64,000 nucleotides of DNA from Diplonema japonicum (GCA_964019335.1 OZ025751.1:62001-126000); one strand, 5' to 3'. Shown: positions 1 through 10,434, counted from the first letter of the stretch. Made by a program: numbers and translations. The notes: generated by a model not told the origin, from the letters alone.

Positions 1-741
1 TTTAATGAGGAACGACTCAGTAGTGACAGGATCCAAGGCCAGAATCATATGAATGTTTGAAATAACTTCTTCGGAAGGCTGCCACCAAGGGTACACGAGG
101 TCGATGTCAGGGCATCTTCTTGCATGAAAAACCGTTGTAACCGGGCTGTCGTAAGTAGACAGCATATACGCGGTGTAAAGCGACGTGGCAGCCTGAAATA
201 CCACGTTTAGTATATCGTTCACATTTCCGCTGAAATTCGTCAGAAAGACTATGAAGCTGTACAAAGAAGCAACGAGGATTACAATGGCAGAGAGGCGGGT
301 GCAGATGTTGAAAATGCTCTTTCGTTCTTTAGCGACTTCGAGCCAGACAATCAGGCTGAGTGAGCCGAATTGCGACGGGCCGATTTTGATTGACAACAAA
401 ATGAATTGAACCACCATGACCATCCCCGCCCAGACCCCTCCGAGTATGATCAGAACCCCCATAGAAGAACCAGACAGTTTGTCACACGTGAACATATCGT
501 TCGAGACGGTGACGTTCTTTAAAGGTCTCGTTGCATCCCCTTCCTGCAGACAGTCGTTGAGGTCCTCTTCACACCAGGTGCTCACCAGATCGTTTATAAC
601 AAGCAGGAACCCGTACCACATCAGGAAGTAAGGCGCGAACTGCGCCGACACGCATAGGATCTTGTCCTTTCCCCAGCTTCTTTTCCCGTCGTTTCGGGGT
701 GCTTCCCCCACCAGAGCATCGTTCAAAGGTGTGTCCAGCAT
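1..741 (-). CDS. Multi-pass membrane protein of unknown function (3' end runs off the window)
   Basis: ATG at 741; open frame MLDTPLNDALVGEAPRND...FLIK to base 1 with about 4 hydrophobic segments. Absent from the ORF track because there is no stop in the window. Confidence 0.7.
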   Translation of the reverse strand, partial: MLDTPLNDALVGEAPRNDGKRSWGKDKILCVSAQFAPYFLMWYGFLLVINDLVSTWCEEDLNDCLQEGDATRPLKNVTVSNDMFTCDKLSGSSMGVLIILGGVWAGMVMVVQFILLSIKIGPSQFGSLSLIVWLEVAKERKSIFNICTRLSAIVILVASLYSFIVFLTNFSGNVNDILNVVFQAATSLYTAYMLSTYDSPVTTVFHARRCPDIDLVYPWWQPSEEVISNIHMILALDPVTTESFLIK

Positions 742-1079
742 TTCGTTTGTATCAGAAGCATTTCTTTTTTTTTTTCCTTTTTTTTTTTAAATAATGGAAG
801 GAGGACAGCGAAGTCTCATTAACAAAAATAACAACTACAAAAAAAATGGAACAGAATGGTAAGGAAGAGGGAGAAGAAGAAAGGAAAAGAAGAAAAAAAA
901 AAAAAAAAAAAAAAAAAAAGCGCCAAACAGCACCATCAGTAGTTTCTGACATATTTCTCCTTTTTTTCCTCCCTTTCTTTTTTTTTTTCTGGGAAAAGGA
1001 AAATGGGGGGGAACAACTGGGATACAAGAGGGGTAAGAAATATAAAAAAAAAAAAAAGGGAAAATGGGGAAGAGGGAAC

Positions 1080-1469
1080 CTAGTTCTTGTCCTTCTTCTT
1101 CTCGGCGGCCTTCTTCTTCTCGGCCTCCTTCTTCTTCTTCTCGGCCTCCTTCTTCTTTTCAGCAGACTTCTTCTCAGCCTCCTTCTTCTTCTCGGCGGCC
1201 TTCTTCTTCTTCTCAGCCTCCTTCTCCTTCTTCTCCTTCGCGGCCTCCCTCTTCTTCTCGGCCTTCTCCTTCTTCTTCTCCTTCTTCGCCTCCTCCCTCT
1301 CCTTCTTCGCCTCCCTCTTCGCCTCCTTCTTGGCCTTCTCCTTCTCCTTCTTTTCAGCTGCTACCTTCTTGGCCTCCTCCTTCTTCGCCAATTTGGCTTC
1401 CTTCATCCTGGCAGACCTCTCTTTGTCAACAACGTGACCCTCCATGGAGAACATCTCGACCTTGCCCAT
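1080..1469 (-). CDS. Small Lys/Glu/Ala-rich charged helical protein, copy 1 (129 aa)
   Basis: ATG preceded by an A-run; MGKVEMFSMEGHVVDKERSARMKEAK followed by AEKKK repeats; G/C-ending codons; near-identical paralogue at 2266-2709. Confidence 0.75.
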   Translation of the reverse strand: MGKVEMFSMEGHVVDKERSARMKEAKLAKKEEAKKVAAEKKEKEKAKKEAKREAKKEREEAKKEKKKEKAEKKREAAKEKKEKEAEKKKKAAEKKKEAEKKSAEKKKEAEKKKKEAEKKKAAEKKKDKN

Positions 1470-1626
1470 TTTTTTTTTTTTTTGTGGTGTTTAGAAGAAC
1501 TAGTGGAGGGTTTCTTTATTGCATGAAGCGAAATGTTTCTTTTTTTTTTTTTTCCCGACATATACGTGGCGAAAACCGTATTCTAGCTTCTGGCCCTTAA
1601 CACATTGGCCCGTTGGGGCACTCATA

Positions 1627-1724
1627 CCAACATCAGTAAGACCCATCGAAAAGGAAGTGTATCCTCAAACCCTTTTAAAAGGTCGGTTCTAGTAGCTGGT
1701 AAAAATTTTATCATCATCTGATGG
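1627..1724 (-). ncRNA. Box C/D snoRNA, double guide for LSU rRNA, copy 1
   Basis: Minus strand reads box C AUGAUGA (1717-1711), guide ACCAGCUACUAGAA + D' CCGA, C' UUGAGGA, guide UUCGAUGGGUCUUA + box D CUGA (1636-1633), with terminal stem CCAUCA/UGUUGG. Confidence 0.85.
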
Positions 1725-1760
1725 AAAAAAGCACTTTACGATTTTCTCTGTATCCCGCAG

Positions 1761-1825
1761 CAATCTCGCAGGACTATCTGACCCTTGCCGCAATTTTTGT
1801 GCGAAAGGGGACACATGGCATGCTG
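1761..1825 (-). ncRNA. Single-hairpin H/ACA-like (AGA box) pseudouridylation guide RNA, copy 1
   Basis: Lower stem GCA.G/C.UGC, bipartite pocket, upper stem CCCUU-UCGCA/UGCGG-AAGGG; AGA lies 15 nt after the upper stem and 3 nt from the predicted end. Confidence 0.65.
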
Positions 1826-1845
1826 AAAGGGAAGTACACCAACAG

Positions 1846-1943
1846 CCAACATCAGTAAGACCCATCGAAAAGGAAGTGTATCCTCAAACCCTTTTAAAAG
1901 GTCGGTTCTAGTAGCTGGTAAATGTGAGTCATCATATTGTTGG
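1846..1943 (-). ncRNA. Box C/D snoRNA, copy 2
   Basis: Same guides and boxes (C 1935-1929, D 1855-1852); a different 5' flank still gives a perfect terminal stem CCAACA/UGUUGG. Confidence 0.85.
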
Positions 1944-2265
1944 GCTTGTAAACACCACGGGGCAGGGAGGGAGGGATAAGAGATCAAAAAAAGGGCATTG
2001 GCAGTTGCGTACATTTGAAATTGAATAGAAAGAGATACAAAAAAAAAAAAAAAAACAAAGAAGGAAAAGAAATGGGGTACTTAGGTGCAAAGCTACACCA
2101 CCACCACACAGGTGGCATACAAAAGGGGATTCACAAACATGGAAGAATGGGGGTGAACAAAACACAAAAAAAGGGCAAATTAAAAAGGTAAAAGAGGAAG
2201 GGGAAGAGACCTTCGACGGGGGGGAAGGAATACGAGAAAGAAAGAGAGAGAGAGAGAGAGAGAGC

Positions 2266-2709
2266 CTAGTTGTTCTTCTTCTTCTCGGCCTCCTTCTTCT
2301 TCTTTTCGGCCTCCTTCTTCTTCTTCTCGGCCTCCTTCTTCTTCTTCTCGGCCTCCTTCTTCTTTTCAGCAGACTTTTTCTCGGCCTCCTTCTTCTTTTC
2401 GGCAGACTTCTTCTCAGCCTCCTTCTTCTTCTCAGCGGCCTTCTTCTTCTTCTCAGCCTCCTTCTCCTTCTTCTCCTTCGCGGCCTCCCTCTTCTTCTCG
2501 GCCTTCTCCTTCTTCTTCTCCTTCTTCGCCTCCTCCCTCTCCTTCTTCGCCTCCCTCTTGGCCTCCTTCTTGGCCTTCTCCTTCTCCTTCTTTTCAGCTG
2601 CTACCTTCTTGGCCTCCTCCTTCTTCGCCAATTTGGCTTCCTTCATCCTGGCAGACCTCTCTTTGTCAACAACGTGACCCTCCATGGAGAACATCTCGAC
2701 CTTGCCCAT
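2266..2709 (-). CDS. Small Lys/Glu/Ala-rich charged helical protein, copy 2 (147 aa)
   Basis: Identical N-terminal ~110 aa to 1080-1469, with extra EAEKKKK repeats. Confidence 0.75.
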   Translation of the reverse strand: MGKVEMFSMEGHVVDKERSARMKEAKLAKKEEAKKVAAEKKEKEKAKKEAKREAKKEREEAKKEKKKEKAEKKREAAKEKKEKEAEKKKKAAEKKKEAEKKSAEKKKEAEKKSAEKKKEAEKKKKEAEKKKKEAEKKKKEAEKKKNN

Positions 2710-3149
2710 TTTTTGTTAGTTTGGTGGTAAAAAGGAGTTTAGAAAAACTGTAGGTGGAGTTTTAATTTCTTTTTTATTGAAGTGTTAAGAAACAGAGATA
2801 CAAGAATAGAATAAAGGCGATGGTTTAAGGGTTTGCGGGTTTCCCACTTGAGGACCACCCCCCCCAAAAAAAAGTGAAAACTTTAAAAAAACAAAAAGAA
2901 ACTAAGTGTAAATGAATGAAACTTGGCTTTGGGTTTTCCGCTGATTATACTTTTCCAAGTCACGAAAAAAAAGGGGGGGGGGGGAAGTTGTCTCACAGCT
3001 ACTCTGTGAAGCTCCGCCCCGAAGCCTCCCAAGTCCCCTGTGGTCCCGTAGAATGCAATACTGGAGAGGTAAAGAAAGCTTAGCTTGAAAGGGAGAGGGA
3101 CCACAGAAGCAGAGAGGCTTCCGTTAAATAAAGAAAACAAAAAAAAAAA

Positions 3150-6100
3150 TCAGCCCGAAGGGGACGGGGTGTGTTCCTCGGGAAGAACATGGCACACAGC
3201 GCCCGTCAGGTAGTGGCCAGCAGGCTTCGCATGTTTCCTGGTGTGGGATTTTTCCAACGCGCAGAGGGTGCAGTTTGCAGGCTTCCAATTCGCAGGAGGG
3301 TTGGGTGCCGAGGGGCGGGGTATGGGACCGAGCGACGATCGGGCCATCTTGTTGTACTTGTAAACGGACATTTGTTCCTTGTCCAATTTTGCTTTTCGAA
3401 GACGGATCTGGCGAAGGACCTCCGTGCCCTTGGCGGCCCAATCTGTGTTGGCAGCAGGCTGCCTCGATGTCAAAGCCATTCCGTGCCTTGCTAACCGCTG
3501 TTCGATACGCAGCCTCACCACATCTGTACCTATAGACCCACCGCGTGACGTCTTTGAAACAATCGGATTGTTGTTGTGTGAGAGCTCCCCGTGCGGCAGC
3601 TCCGTCACAAAAACCTTGGAAAGGTTCAGCTTCGGGACGTACAAACCATCTTCACAAAAAACCTCCGCCACCACCACCATCAATCCTGCAACGATCGCGC
3701 TGTTCTCCTTCGCCCTTGGTTTGCGGAGAATGGTGTGGATCTTTTGCCGTCTGTTTAAAATATGCCGTCCAGGGCACACCGCGAACGGTGCTTCCAGCGG
3801 TTGAAACGCCCGTCTGGGAGGAGGCCTCGGAACAGATGTTAAATGAACCGAATGTAGTTCAGAGAGTGGGATGTTGTCCATCTTCACATTGTCTGGTTCG
3901 GACTCTGTCTCGCCCCCGATGACATTACTGCTGTTGCAGCACATTCCACCCGACGAATTGAAAAGATTGCTGAAGAATGTGGTCGACACGTTCGACTGTA
4001 CCATTCGAGACGTTGCAGGGAGGCCTGCTGACGGGTCTATCTGTCGCCCCCACGTCGCTTCGTTATGCATGTTCCACTCGTTAGATCCCAACCCGAAAAT
4101 ACCGATTAGCTTCCCTGTCAGCGTGAATATCTTCACGTAACAGTCAAGGCTCCCCGTTACAACACAAGGTTCTGATCTATATTCCGCTCCGGAGAAAGCC
4201 ATTGCACAATCTTGCTCGCACGTGGCAGCGAGTTGCGCTGAAGAAACGCCTTCAGAATGCGCGCGGAACGTATCGCTTTGAGTCGCAACAAACTCCGCGT
4301 CGAGCTGCCCTGTAACATTCCAAACATGTATGAACCCCTCCGAGTCACCTATTAATATCCGATCGCGTTCCACTGTGGCTGCCAAGCTGCACAGAGATGT
4401 CTCGGATTCCGACAGACAATTGAACGAGAAGACGGTGCATCGGTTGGGGATATCGCAGAATAAGATAACACCATCGGTCCTGCCAGCGAGGAGGATGTTC
4501 TCCTTCCATTGAACCAGCTGTTCGATGGAGACCCCTTGGTACCTGTTGCACAGTGTACCACAAACATGGTTTATATCAGGGTTATACAGTAGAATCCGGC
4601 TGTCGTCCAAGCCCAACGCCAACAGCGAGGGTGTGCACAGCAACAGTGATGTGATGACGGGTAGTAATTTACCATCCAACGACCCTGTTGAGAACCTCCC
4701 GCAAGGTTTCAAATGGTGCAAATCATCGAAATCTTCGTAGACGTATAGAAGGTGACCCAACGCCGCGTAGATGTACCACCCGTCCTTTCGCAAGCAGTGG
4801 AGCAGTGCGGTGCATTCCCCGCTGTTTTCAGGCGATGTTCCGACAGCGCAGACCTGGCAGTTTTGAAGGTTCCACACCACAATTGAACCCTTGTCGGTGG
4901 CGGTGATCAATCTGGTCCCGCGGGGGTCCTGAACCGCCTTGGTGATGTGCTGCCCGAGACGTTGCTGCGGAAGCTGTTTTGAAAGCTTGAACTTGCACAG
5001 TTTCTGCCCGTTTTCAAAGCTCCATGCAGAGAGCTGATGCCTGTCCACCGACAATATCTGCCGAAGCTTCGGATCGTACAACGCAGCAAGAATCGGAGCA
5101 TGATGCCCGCAGTACAACGGTGGGAAGTTCGGGCTGACCCTTGACAGCGGCCACGCAGTTGGATAAGTAGCCGATGTTATAATCCGCTCCCGTTGGGAAT
5201 CGAACGTGAAGGATGTGATCGAGTTCTCCGGGTGGTAGTTCGTCGTGTCCGTGATGGTTTGCAAGCACTTGAACGTTCGCACGTCCCACACCTTGATCGA
5301 TTTGTCCACAGCCAGGGTAAGGACCTGCCCGTGCTGGCTGTTCAGAGCGACGCCCACCAACGGTTGTTGATGCCCGTCTATTTTAAAAACCGGTTGTGAT
5401 AGGAACGGGTTCCATATGTACGCCCTTCGTTCCGATCCACACGACGCGAGGATCTGAAGAGACTCCGACCAGTCGAATGAGAACACCGCTTTCTTTGAAC
5501 CAGACACGTGGGTGAAGTGCTGCGACACGGCTTGCTTCTCCACGTTGAAAATCTTCAAAGACCCGTCCCAACTGCTGCTGATGACACCCGACAGATAGTT
5601 AGAATATTTCAACTTCGAAACCGTGCTTTGGTGAAGTGCGTACTTGCAAGTATACTCGCACAGCCCGTCCGAATTAGGTTCAAGCGGGTAAATTTGCAAC
5701 GTCCCATCACTAAGACCCAATGCGGTGTACTCTAAAGGTTCGTTGAAGCAACACTGCGACATGGGTGTTGATGAAAGTTCGCATAAAGGGTACACCGGGA
5801 CTGACGTGGCGGCTTGGGAGTGACCCACCAATGTCCGGCCCAACGATGAAGCGAACTGAACGATGGTAGTGGAGCTGTCTAAGGAGGTTTGTGGTTGCCG
5901 AGCGAAATCAACCTTCACACCGAACTTCGACACGTCGTACTGATTGCGCACCCGCGTGGCCTTTCGTTCGCAAGCGTGTTTCTGTCCAGCGTACGTGCAG
6001 AGCAGGTTCCCGTTCGTTAGATCGATCACATCGAGTTGTCGGTCAACCGACGTCACTATCATGCGAGATTCTTGTTTCATGAGGTTCAGCTCCGTCACCC

Positions 6101-6617
6101 ATGTCCCGGTGTTGTGGAGAATCTTTTCGTGTTGAAGCGAACCGGCGGCCCATTGTTTTAAAACCCCGTCACGACTGCAGGTGAAGACCTTTCCTGTGTT
6201 CGGATGGACCAGCGTACACGTTGCCATGTCGTGATGGAACTCCTCGGGGGATCGGTGACATTCTGTTTGTGGGCTGTACTCAAATTTTGAATCCTCTTGA
6301 ACAATTTTCTGATTGTTTCGTTGCATTAAATACCCCGAGAAATCATCCCACGATACGGACCCCGTGCCCGCCAAATCGATCCTGTGGAACCATGACTCGA
6401 GTTCGTTGGCGGTGGTTTTTCTCCCGAGCATTGGGAGAATTACTTCGGTGAAGTCGTGGCATCTGAACCTGCCCGTGGTGTGGGACTCGAAGCTTTTCTT
6501 CAAGCTGATCAGCTGCGAAAGGCTGAGAAGCTCTTCCAACTGGTCGCCATTACCCCGCACGACAGCCTTGCTCTTCTTCTTGTTCTTTTGTTGCTGTTGT
6601 TGCAGCACACCATCCAT
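3150..6617 (-). CDS. EF-hand plus WD40 repeat protein (WDR49/WDR64/EFCAB8-like, probably flagellar)
   Basis: 1155 aa intronless ORF; N-terminal EF-hand-like FHRIDLAGTGSVSWDDFSGYL and many WD repeats (SSSWDGSLKIFN, DKSIKVWDVR, TGSLDCYVKIF). Confidence 0.8.
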   Translation of the reverse strand: MDGVLQQQQQKNKKKSKAVVRGNGDQLEELLSLSQLISLKKSFESHTTGRFRCHDFTEVILPMLGRKTTANELESWFHRIDLAGTGSVSWDDFSGYLMQRNNQKIVQEDSKFEYSPQTECHRSPEEFHHDMATCTLVHPNTGKVFTCSRDGVLKQWAAGSLQHEKILHNTGTWVTELNLMKQESRMIVTSVDRQLDVIDLTNGNLLCTYAGQKHACERKATRVRNQYDVSKFGVKVDFARQPQTSLDSSTTIVQFASSLGRTLVGHSQAATSVPVYPLCELSSTPMSQCCFNEPLEYTALGLSDGTLQIYPLEPNSDGLCEYTCKYALHQSTVSKLKYSNYLSGVISSSWDGSLKIFNVEKQAVSQHFTHVSGSKKAVFSFDWSESLQILASCGSERRAYIWNPFLSQPVFKIDGHQQPLVGVALNSQHGQVLTLAVDKSIKVWDVRTFKCLQTITDTTNYHPENSITSFTFDSQRERIITSATYPTAWPLSRVSPNFPPLYCGHHAPILAALYDPKLRQILSVDRHQLSAWSFENGQKLCKFKLSKQLPQQRLGQHITKAVQDPRGTRLITATDKGSIVVWNLQNCQVCAVGTSPENSGECTALLHCLRKDGWYIYAALGHLLYVYEDFDDLHHLKPCGRFSTGSLDGKLLPVITSLLLCTPSLLALGLDDSRILLYNPDINHVCGTLCNRYQGVSIEQLVQWKENILLAGRTDGVILFCDIPNRCTVFSFNCLSESETSLCSLAATVERDRILIGDSEGFIHVWNVTGQLDAEFVATQSDTFRAHSEGVSSAQLAATCEQDCAMAFSGAEYRSEPCVVTGSLDCYVKIFTLTGKLIGIFGLGSNEWNMHNEATWGRQIDPSAGLPATSRMVQSNVSTTFFSNLFNSSGGMCCNSSNVIGGETESEPDNVKMDNIPLSELHSVHLTSVPRPPPRRAFQPLEAPFAVCPGRHILNRRQKIHTILRKPRAKENSAIVAGLMVVVAEVFCEDGLYVPKLNLSKVFVTELPHGELSHNNNPIVSKTSRGGSIGTDVVRLRIEQRLARHGMALTSRQPAANTDWAAKGTEVLRQIRLRKAKLDKEQMSVYKYNKMARSSLGPIPRPSAPNPPANWKPANCTLCALEKSHTRKHAKPAGHYLTGAVCHVLPEEHTPSPSG

Positions 6618-6678
6618 TCCTAGTCGATGTAAATAAATAGAAGGGGGTAAAAAAAATTTTTTTTAAAAAAAGGTGTTC

Positions 6679-7890
6679 TCACCTTGTGCAAGAAACGCCC
6701 CAACTTCCCATCCCGTTCCCGCCTTGTCGTGCACCCCGTGCCGGTTTTTCCTTCTCGCTGTCCTGTGGGATGGGGCAGTGTTCCCGAAGACACTTTACAG
6801 AACAGAATCGAAATTGCAATTTTCTGAAGGATACATCGGGTTTCACCTCAGGCATCTCCGCGGCGCAGCAATCGCATTTCCAGTACACAACCTGCACTAC
6901 GGGAGGCGAGGGTCGGGTCCAAAACGAGTATCTGCTTTTATCAAAACCAGCCCACGCCGAAGGCCTGCACTCCAACGCAGCTACTCTCCCCGAACCACCC
7001 CATTCAGGACAACAAAGCTTCATACAATGCAGGTTTGTCAATGCAAGCCTGGACGTGTCTTTAAACGGCGACAAGATCGACACGAGCTCAGATATGGAAG
7101 GTGTCTCATGCCCGAAAGGGTGGATGCCCCGGTGGGAAAGCCCGTCCCATGACCAATGCTCCAAACACAACACAATGTTCACGAGATCAATACCCGCGAG
7201 GGATGTCCATGAACGGGCAGTGTCGCCGCCAGACTGCATCCAGTTGAAGAGCTGCACATTCACGGACGGTGCCTGGGATAAAAGTTTTCCGAGTTCGACG
7301 CTACCTGTGAAACCAGATGGAAGGACGATGTTCAACGGCGCGTTGGTTCTCTCGCAGGCGGTTAGACAGTCTTTCAAAAGCTGTTCGGATTCACTGTCCC
7401 AAGCCAGACGTGGTGAGCACGTCACCACACCGCATAGGGGATCGGTTTTGTGAGAACCGGATAGGTCGTTAAGAAGTTCATCAAGATAAGACCCCCCCTT
7501 CGCTGCACGAGGCCCGCACATCGGGGGGTGGAGATGCCATCCTGTCGAAGATATCACCTTGATACCGGTGGCCTTGGCTAACTCTTTGCATCCGTCTATG
7601 TCACGGCCTGTGTTGGGTGTCGACAAATCGACGATGCTGCCGGTGTTCTGTGAGGTTTTTGCGAGCTCTCTCAGATCTTCCACCATCATTGCCGTGTCTG
7701 CTCGTGTGTAACGCATGTTTTCCGCTCTTCTTCTCGGGTTTTTTCTCATCTCCCTGAGCTCTACCAGATCCATGGCGCCCGTGACGATCCCGTCCGTGTC
7801 CTCCGTAAAATCATAGAACAGAAACTCCCCTGGGAGAACCCAGCTACCAATGGTTTCGGAAGCCCCTTCGCAGGTTGGGACGAGGGACAT
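6679..7890 (-). CDS. Phosphotriesterase-related (PTER-like) protein with C-terminal treble-clef zinc finger
   Basis: Start MSLVPTCEG at 7890; IVDLST..GRD, TGIKVISSTGWH and TNAPL match the PTE fold; C-terminal WKCDCC...FRFCSVKCLREH. Confidence 0.7.
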   Translation of the reverse strand: MSLVPTCEGASETIGSWVLPGEFLFYDFTEDTDGIVTGAMDLVELREMRKNPRRRAENMRYTRADTAMMVEDLRELAKTSQNTGSIVDLSTPNTGRDIDGCKELAKATGIKVISSTGWHLHPPMCGPRAAKGGSYLDELLNDLSGSHKTDPLCGVVTCSPRLAWDSESEQLLKDCLTACERTNAPLNIVLPSGFTGSVELGKLLSQAPSVNVQLFNWMQSGGDTARSWTSLAGIDLVNIVLCLEHWSWDGLSHRGIHPFGHETPSISELVSILSPFKDTSRLALTNLHCMKLCCPEWGGSGRVAALECRPSAWAGFDKSRYSFWTRPSPPVVQVVYWKCDCCAAEMPEVKPDVSFRKLQFRFCSVKCLREHCPIPQDSEKEKPARGARQGGNGMGSWGVSCTR

Positions 7891-7960
7891 GGTTGCTCTT
7901 TTTTTTTTTAGGCGGGTTCGAAGAAAAGAAGAAAAAAAGAGAAAACAAAAAGAGCTCGGC

Positions 7961-9232
7961 TCACTCAAGCATCTTCTTCACGATTTTTTCAACGGCGGTG
8001 ATTCCCTTTTTGTTCAGTTTTCCCAACGCGTGCTTGTACTCCGATTGGTATGCGCCTTCTCGCAACGCACTTTGCTGCGTCGCGTCAACGAAGAAATCGA
8101 TTGTTTTTTGCACGGCGGTTGCAAGCGGCGTCGGGTGAAACCCCAGCACGGACACTGCCGCTGAGACATCGATAGGCCCGCATGACACCGACGGGAAAAA
8201 GTCAGCAGTTCCAAATGGAGCACGTGACGATGACGAGACAATTGTAGGAGACACCCCGCCTGAAAGAAGCTTGAGAAAATCATTGATCGTAATGAATTCA
8301 CCGCAAGACGTATTAAAGGACCGGTTCACCCACGGAAGCTCCTTCCTCGAACAAGGCACGTACGGTGCACGTTCTGTCCACTCATCATCATCAGACGATT
8401 CAGACGAACCGCTTGAACTAGATGTCGAGTCGGAATCCCATTCAGGAGAAGGCTGTTGAACCACGGTTTCTGTGTGTTGTGAAAACCCATGCTTGTGGTA
8501 TTCTTTACATTTCGTTAAGATAAGAAATGCAACGTCCTCTGAGAATGTGAAGGATACTGTAGTGTCTGCGACTTTGTGCGTGGCACAGAAATTTTTTTTC
8601 AGGTCGGGTACAAATCTGCTCAGCAACAGGCCGGCCCAGAATCTTCCGGTGTCCTCATGTGGGCCGATCACGTCGGCCAACCGTAATGCGAGAAATGCAA
8701 AATGCGGGTTTGAAACGGATCGGGCCCGCAGGATCTCCTCGATTCTTTTTTTGTTCCCGCCGTACCGATTTCTCCTGTGCAGCATTTCCTCCGTTTTGTG
8801 TAGTGCAGCGTGGTATTTTTCAGTGCAGTCTTCAGTGATGCCTGTTTTTCGGTATTTTTTGTCTTGTTCGATTCCTTTTAACACCGCCACGTCGTAAACA
8901 GAGTCGGAGCTGATGAAGATGTAAAGGCAGCCCCGCCATTCATTTTCGACAACAGGGAGTATTTCCCGTGCCATTCTCGGGTGGAAGCAGCTGAAATCTA
9001 CGCATGCCAAGGGGCGGACCCCTGCGCCCCGCAGCACACCGGCAAAGTTCTTCTCCTCGCGGTCGCCTTTTACCTGCAACACCCTCGACTCCCGCCCCTC
9101 CCACGGGACCCCTCCCCAATATCTCTTCCCTCTGTTCACCACCACTATCTCCCAATCCGTTTCATTGAGAATGTTATGGATCAACCTCCTGCCCTGAAAA
9201 CAGGTGCCTCCGAGGATTACTATCGACGGCAT
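7961..9232 (-). CDS. Atypical SDR, NAD-dependent epimerase/dehydratase family
   Basis: Start MPSIVILGGTCFQG (Rossmann motif) after an A-run; YIFISSDSVY and YGGNK (YxxxK). Confidence 0.8.
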   Translation of the reverse strand: MPSIVILGGTCFQGRRLIHNILNETDWEIVVVNRGKRYWGGVPWEGRESRVLQVKGDREEKNFAGVLRGAGVRPLACVDFSCFHPRMAREILPVVENEWRGCLYIFISSDSVYDVAVLKGIEQDKKYRKTGITEDCTEKYHAALHKTEEMLHRRNRYGGNKKRIEEILRARSVSNPHFAFLALRLADVIGPHEDTGRFWAGLLLSRFVPDLKKNFCATHKVADTTVSFTFSEDVAFLILTKCKEYHKHGFSQHTETVVQQPSPEWDSDSTSSSSGSSESSDDDEWTERAPYVPCSRKELPWVNRSFNTSCGEFITINDFLKLLSGGVSPTIVSSSSRAPFGTADFFPSVSCGPIDVSAAVSVLGFHPTPLATAVQKTIDFFVDATQQSALREGAYQSEYKHALGKLNKKGITAVEKIVKKMLE

Positions 9233-9408
9233 TTTTTTTTTTTTCTCTTTTTCTAAATACAATTATTAAAAGTGGATATAAAAATATAATTAAGGGTGTA
9301 GGGGGAAGAGCAAAACAACAAACGTAAAAAAAAAGGGGGGGTAGGAGGAGGAGGAGCATCCGATCGTGGTTTGAAAGAATGTCGTTTTTTTTTTTTTTTT
9401 TTTTTTTT

Positions 9409-10344
9409 TTACAACTTAGCCCCCGCCGTCACCTTTTCGATTCTCGTGTCGAGCGGAACGTTTCTGTCCATGACGATGCCCTTTTCCTTGGAGATCGCTA
9501 TTCTGGAACGCCCGCCTTTTGTGGGGTAGATAGGGTGCAGTTCATCCCCTGGGTACGCCATAGTGAGAATACCTTCAGGCGAAGGGACTAACAAATACGG
9601 CTTTATCGGGTGATCACGAATAAGAGAACGCCCGGCTGACTTCGCGTACGAACGAATAGACGAAAGAGAAGTAACGTGGTCTGCGAGCTCGGTCATGATG
9701 GTCCACTGGGGAGGGGGGAGGTAAATGAGGCCGTGTCGATGTGCTTCGAGGCACTCCTCCGGGGAGAACCAGGTGAGCTCCGTTGTTTCCTTTCTGTCGC
9801 ACGATAGGTGTGCTGTTTCAGTTCCGTCAATGACTGTTACGTAAAATTCGGTTTCAAACCCGCCTTTTTTAACCCTTGCTGCCTCCACGTCTGGGGTGGT
9901 GAACTGACACCAATAATGCAGTTTTTCAACCCCGGGCCTTACATTGTATTCTTGCAGGAGTTTTTTGTACTCTGCGCCGTCTCCGTGCACCCTTTTCCTC
10001 CACTCCTCGCCCACGGTGATCTTCTTGTTGAAAAGCGTCGCGCCAGCCTCTTCAAACGCTTCTCTCGCCGCGCATACTTTTCCCTTCATCTCTTCTGTGA
10101 AATATTCTTTCGCCAGCTCGATGTCTTCTGGGTCCATCGCGCCGCCCGGGAACACAACAGCATTCCCCATGAAACTGCTCTTTCCATGCCGCTTCAACAT
10201 GCATATCCTGTAGTCGCATTTCGATTGGACTTTGAGGCCCTCACACGTTGCCGGTGCAGTCGTGCTGGCTATCGGTGCTGCGATCACCACACTCGCAGAC
10301 TTCCTCCAAGGCATCTTGGGCACCGGACCTTTAAACAACTTCAT
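9409..10344 (-). CDS. NUDT19: Peroxisomal Nudix hydrolase, NUDT19-like acyl-CoA diphosphatase
   Basis: WRKSASVV, VFPGG...AAREAFEEAG, WFSPEECL and LPPPQW; C-terminal PTS1 -AKL. Confidence 0.8.
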   Translation of the reverse strand: MKLFKGPVPKMPWRKSASVVIAAPIASTTAPATCEGLKVQSKCDYRICMLKRHGKSSFMGNAVVFPGGAMDPEDIELAKEYFTEEMKGKVCAAREAFEEAGATLFNKKITVGEEWRKRVHGDGAEYKKLLQEYNVRPGVEKLHYWCQFTTPDVEAARVKKGGFETEFYVTVIDGTETAHLSCDRKETTELTWFSPEECLEAHRHGLIYLPPPQWTIMTELADHVTSLSSIRSYAKSAGRSLIRDHPIKPYLLVPSPEGILTMAYPGDELHPIYPTKGGRSRIAISKEKGIVMDRNVPLDTRIEKVTAGAKL

Positions 10345-10434
10345 TTTTTTTTTTGTTTTCCCTTTTGAATTTCTTGAAACCGGGGGGGGGGGGGAAGAAA
10401 AAAGAAAGAAAAAAAACTCAAAAAAAAATATTAC

